DNA of 64,000 nt from Pseudomonadota bacterium (GTDB taxonomy: Bacteria > Pseudomonadota > Gammaproteobacteria > Burkholderiales > SG8-39): the NCBI GenBank assembly GCA_025352885.1, contig JANXRZ010000235.1, positions 1,856 through 65,855 on the forward strand. Reading direction: 5' to 3'. Shown here piece after piece: positions 1-8,495 of the stretch. The number at the start of each line of letters is the position of its first letter. Position 1 is the stretch's first letter. The position numbers were made by a program, and so were the translations under genes. A model generated the notes under the pieces. It ran no database searches, was not told the origin of the DNA, and saw only the letters and a list, made by a program, of their open reading frames with translations.

Positions 1-1332
1 GAGCGGGCCGAGCGTGTACAACCGGCGCTGAACTGCTTCATCCGCATCGATCGCGAAGAAGCGCTTGCCGCCGCGCGGGTGGCCGACCTCGAGCGGGCCC
101 GCGGCGCCTTGCGCGGACCGCTGCACGGCGTGCCGATGGCGCACAAGGACATGTACTACCGCGAAGGCGTCCCGTCGTCCTGCGGCTCAAAGATCATGCG
201 CGACCGCCCTGCACCTTCAACGGCCACGGCGCTGAAGCGACTGGACGCGGCCGGGGCAATCCAGTTCGGCGTGCTCAACATGGCGGAATTCGCCTATGGC
301 CCGACCGGGCACAACGCGCACTACGGGCACTGCCGCAATCCCTGGAATCCCGAGTGCATCACCGGCGGGTCCTCCTCCGGCTCCGGCGCCGCAGTCGCGG
401 CACGTGCGTCCTTTGCTGCCCTGGGCTCGGACACCGGCGGGTCGATCCGCTCGCCGGCTACCTTTTGCGGACTGTCCGGGATCAAGCCGACGTGGAGCCG
501 TGTCTCGCGCCATGGCGCAATGTCGCTCTCCTTTTCAATGGACACGGTTGGCCCGCTTGCGCGCACGGTGGAGGATTGCGCCCTCATCATGGGTACGATT
601 GCGGGCGCAGATCCGCTCGACCCTACGGCCAGCAACCACGCCGTGCCGAATTACATCGAGCGCCTTGCACGTCCCGTTAAAGGCCTGAGGGTCGCGACCA
701 CGAAGCGCTACTTCCACGATGCCATGGATCCGGAGATCGAAGCGCTCGTGCAGAAAAGCCTCGACACGTATGCCCGCCTTGGCGCCGAGATCGTCGAAGT
801 TGACCTGCCCGACATGGAGGCGTGGGCCCATGCCGCGGTCATGATGATTGCTGCGGAAGCGGGCGCGGCCCACGCCAACTGGATGCGCACCCGGCCGCAA
901 GACTACTCAGACCAGGTCCGTGCGCGGCTCGAGCTCGGGCTGTCGCTACCTGCGACGGCGTATCTCGAGTGCTTGCGGTTGAGGGGCGTCGCGCTCGAGG
1001 CATTCTCGCGTGCGGTCTTCGACAAGGCCGACTTCCTGCATGTCCCCACCGTAAGCTTCCAGACACCCACCCTCGCTGCGACCGACGTCGGCGGCGGCGA
1101 AACCATGATGAAAGTGATGAACACCATCACCCGCTTGACCCGTCCGGGCAATTTCCTCGGGCTGCCTTGCCTCTCGGTCCCGGCGGGGTTCACCAAGAGC
1201 GGGATGCCGACCGCAGTCCAGCTCATCGGCCGGCAGTTCGACGAGGCCACGCTCTTTACGGCAGGGCATGCGTATCAGCAGGCGACGCAGTGGCACCTCC
1301 GGTCGCCTGCCACGCCGTCACCGAGTAAATGA
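1..1332 (+). CDS. Amidase-signature family enzyme (5' end lies outside the window)
   Basis: Frame open from base 1 (ERAERVQPALNCFI...); catalytic Lys in HKD, GGSSSGSGAAVAA and GSDTGGSIR signature; substrate not assignable. Confidence 0.9.
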   Translation, partial: ERAERVQPALNCFIRIDREEALAAARVADLERARGALRGPLHGVPMAHKDMYYREGVPSSCGSKIMRDRPAPSTATALKRLDAAGAIQFGVLNMAEFAYGPTGHNAHYGHCRNPWNPECITGGSSSGSGAAVAARASFAALGSDTGGSIRSPATFCGLSGIKPTWSRVSRHGAMSLSFSMDTVGPLARTVEDCALIMGTIAGADPLDPTASNHAVPNYIERLARPVKGLRVATTKRYFHDAMDPEIEALVQKSLDTYARLGAEIVEVDLPDMEAWAHAAVMMIAAEAGAAHANWMRTRPQDYSDQVRARLELGLSLPATAYLECLRLRGVALEAFSRAVFDKADFLHVPTVSFQTPTLAATDVGGGETMMKVMNTITRLTRPGNFLGLPCLSVPAGFTKSGMPTAVQLIGRQFDEATLFTAGHAYQQATQWHLRSPATPSPSK

Positions 1333-1524
1333 CAAAGTCGAACTTTGTTTTATCTGGATCTAATGGCATAGCGCTTCTCATGCCAATTCGTATTACCGAT
1401 TAGTAATATCAAAGACGGATCGGCGAGGCCCGCGTTGCCGGCGCCCCCGAATGAGTGAATCAGCGCACTTACCGCATCGGCGGTACGCCCTACCCTGCGC
1501 ATTTCTTCCAACCGGAGCAACGCC

Positions 1525-1710
1525 ATGGCGAGTCAGGGAAACAAGGTGACCAAAGGAAACCAGAAGGCCGGCCTCAAGGGTGGCAAGCAGGATGGAGCCA
1601 GCCGCAAACCCGGGGCCACAAAAACGACCGCCGCTAGCGCCAGCTCCAAGCGGGCCGGCGGGCCCGCGCGGACCGAGAAGTACGACAGCGGAAAGCAGAC
1701 CCAGCGATAG
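1525..1710 (+). CDS. Small basic Gly/Lys-rich hydrophilic protein, 61 aa
   Basis: GGAG at 1514-1517 upstream of ATG; low-complexity K/G/A/S/T sequence; fills an otherwise empty interval. Confidence 0.55.
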   Translation: MASQGNKVTKGNQKAGLKGGKQDGASRKPGATKTTAASASSKRAGGPARTEKYDSGKQTQR

Positions 1711-1733
1711 CAGCGCAAGGCGGCGAGCGCCAG

Positions 1734-2045
1734 CTAGGCCATGGGCACGAAGTCGATCGATGCAACCACGATCTGGAACGTCCCCTTGTGGCCTGGCGGC
1801 ATGCAATCAAGGTTGTCCTTCACGAACGCGCGCAGGTTTTCGTCCGCTCGTGAGCGGCGCGAGCTTCCCGCGGCAAGGTAGTCACGTACCGCAAGCGGCC
1901 CGACGAAAATGGCCACCAGCCGATCGGGCGGCCACTGGAACTGCAACTGCGCGTCGCCCGCTTGCACTACCCCGGCTTTCGCATCACCGGGAAATAACGG
2001 TCGCAGAACCGCGGCCCAATGTTCGAGTGTTTGTTCGTCCGTCAT
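1734..2045 (-). CDS. Hypothetical protein, 103 aa, paralogue of 2480-2827 (possibly DUF3022-like)
   Basis: Start reassigned to MTDEQTLEHW; aligns end to end with the 2480-2827 product (W..L.PLFP, VAIF..P.A..DY, R.RAD..L.A.V..NL, F.IVVAS.D). Confidence 0.7.
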   Translation of the reverse strand: MTDEQTLEHWAAVLRPLFPGDAKAGVVQAGDAQLQFQWPPDRLVAIFVGPLAVRDYLAAGSSRRSRADENLRAFVKDNLDCMPPGHKGTFQIVVASIDFVPMA

Positions 2046-2128
2046 GGGGAAGTGAGTGACCGACCGTACAGTTTTTCGAGACGCCCGATAGCTAGAGTCG
2101 CCGAACTGCTGCAAAGGAGAAGAACGAC

Positions 2129-2461
2129 ATGACACCCAGCGCGCGCGAGCAATTCCACCGTGGACTGCAGCAGATTCGTAAAGCGATCGGAACGCGGCTC
2201 GGCGGGGTCAGCGCCGAGATCGTCGCAGAGGGCATTTCCCACCCGGCATGGCAGGACCAACGCAGACTGCCCGACGTCCTGCCGATTTCGGTCGCGCCAT
2301 CCGATTCGCCTGTGCTGACAATCGAATTCACCAGCCGGGAGATCCAGGACAGCTGGAGTGGCATCCAACGCGACGACGTCCGGCGAAAAATCGGCCTTTA
2401 CGCCAACGAGTATGAGCGTCGGCGGGGCCGGCGCTGGGACTTCGGTTCGCAGGCGCATTGA
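2129..2461 (+). CDS. Hypothetical protein, 110 aa
   Basis: Strong SD AAAGGAG upstream of ATG; globular-looking sequence; fits between the two paralogues without overlap. Confidence 0.65.
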   Translation: MTPSAREQFHRGLQQIRKAIGTRLGGVSAEIVAEGISHPAWQDQRRLPDVLPISVAPSDSPVLTIEFTSREIQDSWSGIQRDDVRRKIGLYANEYERRRGRRWDFGSQAH

Positions 2462-2479
2462 ACCGCTCCTGCGCCCGGT

Positions 2480-2827
2480 CTACCGCGAAAGAATATCGAC
2501 GGACGCTACTACAATCCTGAATTCGGGTTCGTCACGCTGCGTCGGTAAGATCGAGGGCTGCCGCTTCAGGTTCGAGTGCACGTGAGCAAACAGCTTCCGG
2601 TCTGCACGCGCTCTTTGGCCGTCCTGAGCGTTGCGATAGTCTTTCATGGCGTTTGGCGCAATGAAGATTGCAACGCTGCGCTTCCCGGACCCGGATTGCC
2701 CCAAATGGGAAACCGGCTGCCACCGAACCGAGATCTGGTTCAACTGCGGCGTAAACGCGAATTCGGCACAGGACGGAAACAGCGGACCCAGCAGGTCCGC
2801 CCACTTAACGAGCGTAGGTTGATGCAT
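2480..2827 (-). CDS. Hypothetical protein, 115 aa, paralogue of 1734-2045 (possibly DUF3022-like)
   Basis: C-terminal part of track ORF 2480-3241; start reassigned to MHQPTLVKW from the alignment with its paralogue. Confidence 0.7.
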   Translation of the reverse strand: MHQPTLVKWADLLGPLFPSCAEFAFTPQLNQISVRWQPVSHLGQSGSGKRSVAIFIAPNAMKDYRNAQDGQRARADRKLFAHVHSNLKRQPSILPTQRDEPEFRIVVASVDILSR

Positions 2828-2978
2828 TTGTGAGCAGCCTGGATTGGTTCTGTGGCACCGCGCGGGCGGTCGTGCAAACGGAGGAAAATATAGGCGATGA
2901 GCCATCGCGAGTCTGCGCTCCACTTCACACATGGCGCAGTTCCTTGGTATGACTGAGGTGCGTGGTATTGTTTTGGCC

Positions 2979-3944
2979 ATGAAGAAATTCATCACGCGCT
3001 CGATCGCGGGCGCTTGCCTGCTCCTGCTTTGCGGCGCCTCACTTGCCCAGAATTGGCCGTCAAAGCCGGTCCGGCTCGTGATCCCTTTTGCCCCTGGCGG
3101 ACCGACGGACATCATTGCGCGGCTGGTCGGACAGAAGCTCTCCGAATCGCTTGGCCAACCGATGGTGGTCGAGAGTCGGGCCGGCGCAGGCGGGAACATC
3201 GGGACCACCGCGGTGGCGAAGTCGCCCCCCGACGGATACACGATCCTGCTGACTAGTTCGGCTTACGCGGTCAACGTCAGCCTCTCGCCAAATGCGGGCT
3301 ATGACCCCGAACGGGACTTCATCCCGGTGGTGGTGGTCGCCAAACAGGCTAATCTCATCTTCGTGCACCCGGGCCTCGGGGTCAAAACGCTGGCTGAACT
3401 GCTCGCCGCGGCCAAGTCAAAGAAGCTGGCTTTCGCGTCGCCTGGCAGCGGCACAACGCCCCATCTCACTGCGGAGAACCTTTTCAACGTCATCTCGAAG
3501 CTCGACATGACGCCCATCCACTTCCGGGGCGCCGGGCCGGCGATCGCAGCCGTGGTCGGCGGCGAACCCCCGGTTGGTGCGGGAGCCGCGTCGACTCCCT
3601 TGCCGCACATCAAGGCGGGGCGCCTCCGGCCGATTGCAGTGTCGTCTGCGGCGAGAGTCGCTGCCCTGCCCGACGTGCCCACGTTCGCGGAAGCGGGATT
3701 TCCGGGTGTCGAGGACGACACGTGGATCGGGATTTTCGCGCCCGCCGGCACACCCCACGTTGTGGTGCAGAAGCTCAACGAGTCGGTGAACCAGGCATTG
3801 CGCACTGCGGACATGAAAGAGCGCCTGGACGCGCTCGCCTTCGAGGCCGTCGGTGGAACGCCCCAACAATTTGCCGATTATGTGAAAGTCGAAATTGCGA
3901 AATGGGGCAAGGTGGTGCGCGCCGGGAACATCAAGGCAGAGTAA
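2979..3944 (+). CDS. Tripartite tricarboxylate transporter substrate-binding protein (Bug/TctC family)
   Basis: Signal peptide, then WPSKPVRLVIPFAPGGPTDIIAR, GAGGNIG, PDGYT, LPDVPT motifs. Confidence 0.93.
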   Translation: MKKFITRSIAGACLLLLCGASLAQNWPSKPVRLVIPFAPGGPTDIIARLVGQKLSESLGQPMVVESRAGAGGNIGTTAVAKSPPDGYTILLTSSAYAVNVSLSPNAGYDPERDFIPVVVVAKQANLIFVHPGLGVKTLAELLAAAKSKKLAFASPGSGTTPHLTAENLFNVISKLDMTPIHFRGAGPAIAAVVGGEPPVGAGAASTPLPHIKAGRLRPIAVSSAARVAALPDVPTFAEAGFPGVEDDTWIGIFAPAGTPHVVVQKLNESVNQALRTADMKERLDALAFEAVGGTPQQFADYVKVEIAKWGKVVRAGNIKAE

Positions 3945-3947
3945 CCG

Positions 3948-5186
3948 TCAGATGTAGCGCAAGCCCGGCTTCAGCCCCAGGTAATACTGGCCGACGGTCT
4001 GCAAGTGGGCGAAGTTGGCCTGGATCTGCTGGGACACCGCATTCATATCGCGCAAGCGTCGCTCGAAAGGCCCGCCTTCGAAAATGGCCGTCGCACCTGC
4101 GTCTGCGTAAGCGGTGCTTACCACCTCTCGCGCCTCGTGGATCGCGTAAGTCGAGGCAAGGCGCAACCTGACCCGCGAATCGAAACTCAAGCGGCCGCCC
4201 GCGCAGTCCTGCCACATCTCGCGCAGGATCGAGAGGATCCAGGCACGCGCCGATTCGAGCCGTGCCTCGGACAAGGCGATCCGGGACTGGATCCAGGCGT
4301 CGTCCCTGAGTGGATTGCCGGTGCCCGAAGGGGTCTTCTTCGTGGCCAGCTCAATGAACGCATCGAGCGTCGCTCGGGCAATGCCAAGGCCAACCGCAGA
4401 AAACCCGGCCTGGTAGACATTCATCGGCGAAAACCGATAAAGCGGACCTTGCTCGCGCCTTTCGGGCTCGAGCTCCGGTTCGGCATCTTCCCCAAGATGA
4501 TGATCCCGCGCAGTTGCTCGCGGCACGAGCGAGAACTCAGCCGGAACGAAAAGATCCGCGACCGTGTAGGTGTCGCTGCCGGTACCGCGCAAGCCGACCA
4601 CTTTCCAGGTGCCTTCCTTGATCGTGACAGAGGAGCGCGGGATCAGCATCGTGCGCTCCATCGGCCGACCGTGCGCATCCTGCAGCAGTTGGCCGGCCTC
4701 GTCGGTGCGATGGCAATGCGCGCCGATCCAAGTCGCATGCCGGTTTCCGCTCCCGAATCCCCATGTGCCGCTGATCTGCCATCCGCCTTTGACGGGGGTC
4801 GCGCGACACTGGGGACCCAGCGAGTATCCCCAGGCCACCGCAGCGCGCGCATCGCCGAAGACGCGATGGGCTGCTGCGGGGTCCATGTAAGCCGCCGACA
4901 TCGAACAGCCGGCGCTTTGCGAGATGCACCAGGCGGCGCTCGCGTCGCCGGCGGCAATCTCGGAAACCACCTGGAAAAACGTTGCGGGCTCGAGTTCGGC
5001 TCCGCCAAAGGTGTGCGGAAGGAGCATCCGAAAGAGTCGGGCTTCGAAAAGGGCGTCCAATACGTCGGCCGGGAGTTCGCATCCTGCGTCGATTTGTGGC
5101 CCTGCGGATTCCAGCAGCGGCCTCAATGCGTGGGCCCGTGAGATCCAGCCCTGCTCGATCCCGGTGCCGGACGACGTGCCGCTCAT
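3948..5186 (-). CDS. Flavin-dependent monooxygenase oxygenase subunit, acyl-CoA dehydrogenase fold (HsaA-like)
   Basis: LFRMLLP..FGG.E, GDASAAWC, GTWGFGSG..HATW, W.VVGLRGTGS, FERRLRD motifs; ATGA overlap with the upstream gene. Confidence 0.88.
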   Translation of the reverse strand: MSGTSSGTGIEQGWISRAHALRPLLESAGPQIDAGCELPADVLDALFEARLFRMLLPHTFGGAELEPATFFQVVSEIAAGDASAAWCISQSAGCSMSAAYMDPAAAHRVFGDARAAVAWGYSLGPQCRATPVKGGWQISGTWGFGSGNRHATWIGAHCHRTDEAGQLLQDAHGRPMERTMLIPRSSVTIKEGTWKVVGLRGTGSDTYTVADLFVPAEFSLVPRATARDHHLGEDAEPELEPERREQGPLYRFSPMNVYQAGFSAVGLGIARATLDAFIELATKKTPSGTGNPLRDDAWIQSRIALSEARLESARAWILSILREMWQDCAGGRLSFDSRVRLRLASTYAIHEAREVVSTAYADAGATAIFEGGPFERRLRDMNAVSQQIQANFAHLQTVGQYYLGLKPGLRYI

Positions 5187-5908
5187 CGGTTTTTTTTCTT
5201 CCATTCCTCGTAGCGCTCGCGCGTGACGTCGTTTGGCGGATAGGTGCCGGGCAACGCGCGCCCCCCCGCGATCTCCTCCAGGACGAACCGCTCGAGCTGC
5301 TCCTGGTCGGAAGCTTCCTTGGCCACTTCGTCTGCAAGATGGCGCGGCACGACAATCACGCCGTCAGCATCTCCGACGATGACATCGCCTGGATACACGG
5401 CCACTCCGCCGCATGCAATCGGCACCTCTACGTCGACTGCGTGCTGATGCGTCAGGCTGATGGACGCGGCAGGCGCCTTGCAATACACCGGGAATGACTC
5501 GGCCGAAATTTCCGGCGTGTCGCGCAGCCCCCCATCCGAGACCAGCCCCGCCGCCCCACGCACCGCCAGGCGCCGCACGAGGATGCCGCCAGCCGAAGCG
5601 CACCTGGCATCGCCGCGACAATCGATTACAAGAACGCTTCCCGCCGGCACCGTTTCGATCGCCTTGCGCTGCGGATGCTCGGGATCCTGGTGAATTCCGA
5701 CATGGTCGATGTCCTCACGCGCCGGAATGTTGCGCAGCGTGTAAGCCTCGCCTACCAATGACGATGCCTTCGGGGTCAGCCTCGAGACACCCTGCATCAC
5801 CTGGTTGCGCAAGCTGCGCTTGAAAAGCTGTGTCGACAACGTCGCCGTCGAGCACGCGGCTAGCAGCGTGCGCGTCTTCAAAGAAAGGGCGTTGGGGGGC
5901 GTACCCAT
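5183..5908 (-). CDS. RraA-family protein (HMG aldolase/oxaloacetate decarboxylase-like)
   Basis: GEAYTLR, VLVID.RGD, SDGGLRD, CGGVAVYPGDVIVGDADGVIVVP motifs. Confidence 0.88.
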   Translation of the reverse strand: MGTPPNALSLKTRTLLAACSTATLSTQLFKRSLRNQVMQGVSRLTPKASSLVGEAYTLRNIPAREDIDHVGIHQDPEHPQRKAIETVPAGSVLVIDCRGDARCASAGGILVRRLAVRGAAGLVSDGGLRDTPEISAESFPVYCKAPAASISLTHQHAVDVEVPIACGGVAVYPGDVIVGDADGVIVVPRHLADEVAKEASDQEQLERFVLEEIAGGRALPGTYPPNDVTRERYEEWKKKNR

Positions 5909-5948
5909 GCTGCGAGTATTACATAGGCTCGGGTAAAATCGCCTTACC

Positions 5949-6794
5949 ATGGCAGCCGTCACACTCATGCAAACCGAGTCGATCGCCGTGATCGACTACC
6001 GTTGCACCGCGAGCCCTGGCGATCGGCCGTTCGTTGAATCGCATGCCGCGTTTTCCGCTTCTTATGTGCGCAAGGGAAGCTTTGCCTGCCACGCGCGCGG
6101 ACAGGTGTTCGAGCTGGTCGCGGGGTCCGTCATGGTCGGGCATCCAGGCGATGAATACCTGTGCACGCATGACCATCATGTCTGCGGGGACGAATGCACT
6201 TCGTTCCAGTTTTCCCCCGCTTTTGCCGAAGCCCTCGGCGGCGATGGACTGTCTTGGAAGACCGGTGGCATTGCGCCGCAGGCCGAGTTGGTGGTGTTGG
6301 GCGAGCTTGCCACTTCTGCCATCAACGCAGAGGACAACCGCGGCCTCGACGAGATCGGCATGGCGTTCGCAGCGCGGTTGGTCGGCCTTGCCGGTGCGAA
6401 GCAACCGCGACCTTCGGCGGCGACTGCGCAGGATCGACGCCGAGCCATCGAGTCTGCGCACTGGATCGACGACCATGCCCATGAGCAGATCGCACTCGAC
6501 GACTCTGCCCGGCAAGCGGGCTTGAGCCCGTTTCACTTCCTGCGCACTTTCTCGGGTGCGCTCGGCCTTACCCCCCATCAACATCTTGTCCGCTCGCGGC
6601 TGCGACATGCCGCGCGCCTGCTGGCCGATGAAGATCGCCCCGTCACGGAGGTCGCGTTGGACGTTGGGTTCAGCGACCTGTCCAACTTCGTCAGGACTTT
6701 CCGTCGTGCCGCCGGGGTCTCGCCGGGCCAATTTCGCCGGGCCGCGAAGGGCGACCGCAAGATTCTCCAAGCGAGGCTTGCAACGGCCGCCTAG
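5949..6794 (+). CDS. AraC-family transcriptional regulator
   Basis: C-terminal double HTH: [12 protein letters not shown]...[25 protein letters not shown]. Confidence 0.93.
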   Translation: MAAVTLMQTESIAVIDYRCTASPGDRPFVESHAAFSASYVRKGSFACHARGQVFELVAGSVMVGHPGDEYLCTHDHHVCGDECTSFQFSPAFAEALGGDGLSWKTGGIAPQAELVVLGELATSAINAEDNRGLDEIGMAFAARLVGLAGAKQPRPSAATAQDRRRAIESAHWIDDHAHEQIALDDSARQAGLSPFHFLRTFSGALGLTPHQHLVRSRLRHAARLLADEDRPVTEVALDVGFSDLSNFVRTFRRAAGVSPGQFRRAAKGDRKILQARLATAA

Positions 6795-6823
6795 CATGGG
6801 CCTCCCCTTTTCAGGAGACTCCT

Positions 6824-7231
6824 ATGGCTTCCATCCGCAGGGAAATGACGCTGGATACCGCACCGGACGCTGCCTGGGCGGCGGTTAGGGACATCGGTGC
6901 AATCCACCTTCGCCTCTGTCCCGGTTTTGTCACAAACACCGTGCTGGAAGAGGGCGCGAGGATGGTGACTTTCGCCAACGGCCTGGTCGTGCGTGAAGTG
7001 ATCGTCGATCTCGACGATGCAGCCCGCCGGCTCGTGTGGTCGGCAAGGAGCGAGCGCCTCTCGCACCACAATGCGTCGATGCAGATCTTCGATGAGGGTG
7101 GCGGGCGCTGCCGCGCGGTCTGGATCGCAGACCTGCTCCCGCACGAAGCCGCGCCTGCAATCGCCGCAATGATCGACCATGGGATGGCCGCCATGAAGAA
7201 GAAACTCGAGGACACGGCAACGGCCGCATGA
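6824..7231 (+). CDS. SRPBCC (polyketide cyclase/START-like) family protein
   Basis: SD AGGAG; W..VRD.GA.H.RL.PGFV, R.VTFANG, RRLVWS motifs. Confidence 0.82.
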   Translation: MASIRREMTLDTAPDAAWAAVRDIGAIHLRLCPGFVTNTVLEEGARMVTFANGLVVREVIVDLDDAARRLVWSARSERLSHHNASMQIFDEGGGRCRAVWIADLLPHEAAPAIAAMIDHGMAAMKKKLEDTATAA

Positions 7232-7280
7232 TCAGCGAGACAGCGGCTCTTCGGCACAATGAATTCGGATACGATGAACC

Positions 7281-8495
7281 ATGCCCTCGCCAACATCCGA
7301 TAAAGCCCCAGATCACGATCCGAGGGACCAGTTCCTCGGCCTGCTCGAGAAGGCGCTTCAAGCCGACACTTTCGTAAAGCTCGTGCTTGCCAAATACAAG
7401 GGGGCAGAGCCGGACCTGCTGCGAGTCATCGCCCGCCGGATCACAGTGGGCGGCGAGAGGCGGCTGTCTTTCGTTTACAGGTACAAGACGCGTGACGTGA
7501 CCAAGAATGTGCCGGTCGAAGAGGCACTCCCCGCAATCGGCGAAGGCCTGGGCAGCGCTTTCGAGAACGCGCATCTGCTGACGACGGCGCAGGATATCCA
7601 ACTGGCGGTCAGTCGCAAGGGCAAGGCCAGCCTGCGCATCGGACGATCGGCACCTGTCGAGGCCCCTTCAGAGGAGCATGACCGTGACAAGCAGCGCCTG
7701 CTCACGCTTGATCGGCCGTTCCTGCAGGCAATAGGCGTCACCGATGCCGAGAGCCGCCTCATCCCTTCCATGTCGCGCAAATGGAAGCAGATCAACAAAT
7801 TCCTCGAGGTGCTCGACCAGGCCTTCAGGACCTCGGCCTTGAAGGCGGCAGGCAAGATACGCGTTGTGGATTTCGGATCGGGAAAGGGCTATCTCACTTT
7901 CGCCGTTCACGACTACCTCCGGAACGCCCTTGGCGTCGAAGCCGAAGTGACCGGAGTCGAGCTGCGCGAAGATCTCGTGCAACTGTGCAATACGACAGTC
8001 GGGCGCTTGTCGCTCAGCGGCTTGTCGTTCGAAAAGGGCGACATCCGCAGCCATTCCTCGGAGCCGGTCGATATCATGATTGCGCTGCATGCGTGCGATA
8101 CCGCGACGGATTATGCGATCCACGCCGGCATCCGCTCCGGCGCATCGATCCTGATGTGCGCGCCTTGCTGCCATAAGGAGCTGCGGCCGCAAATCAAGAC
8201 GCCCGCCATGCTTAGACCGTTGCTCAGGCACGGGATCCATCTCGGGCAGGAGGCGGAGATGCTGACCGACGGCCTGCGCGCGTTATTGCTTGAAGGTGAA
8301 GGCTACGACGCGAAGGTCTTCGAGTTCGTTTCGCTCGAGCACACAAGCAAGAACAAGATGATCCTTGCGGTTAAGCGCCCGGATGCACCCGAAGGCGAGG
8401 GCGTCCGAGCTTCAGCCCAAACGCGCGTCCGTGAACTCAAGTCGTTTTACGGAATACGGGAGCAGAGCCTCGAGACGTTGCTTCAGGCGCCTTAG
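7281..8495 (+). CDS. Class I SAM-dependent methyltransferase of unknown substrate
   Basis: KWKQINKFLE, VVDFGSGKGYLTF, ALHACDTATD, PCCH, EHTSKN motifs. Confidence 0.88.
   Translation: MPSPTSDKAPDHDPRDQFLGLLEKALQADTFVKLVLAKYKGAEPDLLRVIARRITVGGERRLSFVYRYKTRDVTKNVPVEEALPAIGEGLGSAFENAHLLTTAQDIQLAVSRKGKASLRIGRSAPVEAPSEEHDRDKQRLLTLDRPFLQAIGVTDAESRLIPSMSRKWKQINKFLEVLDQAFRTSALKAAGKIRVVDFGSGKGYLTFAVHDYLRNALGVEAEVTGVELREDLVQLCNTTVGRLSLSGLSFEKGDIRSHSSEPVDIMIALHACDTATDYAIHAGIRSGASILMCAPCCHKELRPQIKTPAMLRPLLRHGIHLGQEAEMLTDGLRALLLEGEGYDAKVFEFVSLEHTSKNKMILAVKRPDAPEGEGVRASAQTRVRELKSFYGIREQSLETLLQAP

Noticed and set aside
1455-1637. Alternative 60 aa ORF overlapping the 1525 small protein
   Set aside because: Weaker start context; the 1525 frame has an ATG with a well-spaced GGAG
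2828-3241. N-terminal extension of track ORF 2480-3241
   Set aside because: Mostly antisense to the TctC/Bug gene; paralogue similarity starts only at Met 2827
4005-5141. 378 aa plus-strand ORF, and similar long shadow ORFs (11670-12677, 14182-15162, 15823-16908, 29783-31438, 30020-31183, 36029-37015)
   Set aside because: They overlap well-supported genes in antisense or shifted frames, are Arg/Pro/Ala-rich and lack motifs, as expected in high-GC DNA
5190-5200. T homopolymer as a phase-variation or frameshift site
   Set aside because: It encodes the C-terminal Lys run of the RraA-like protein; both flanking frames are intact
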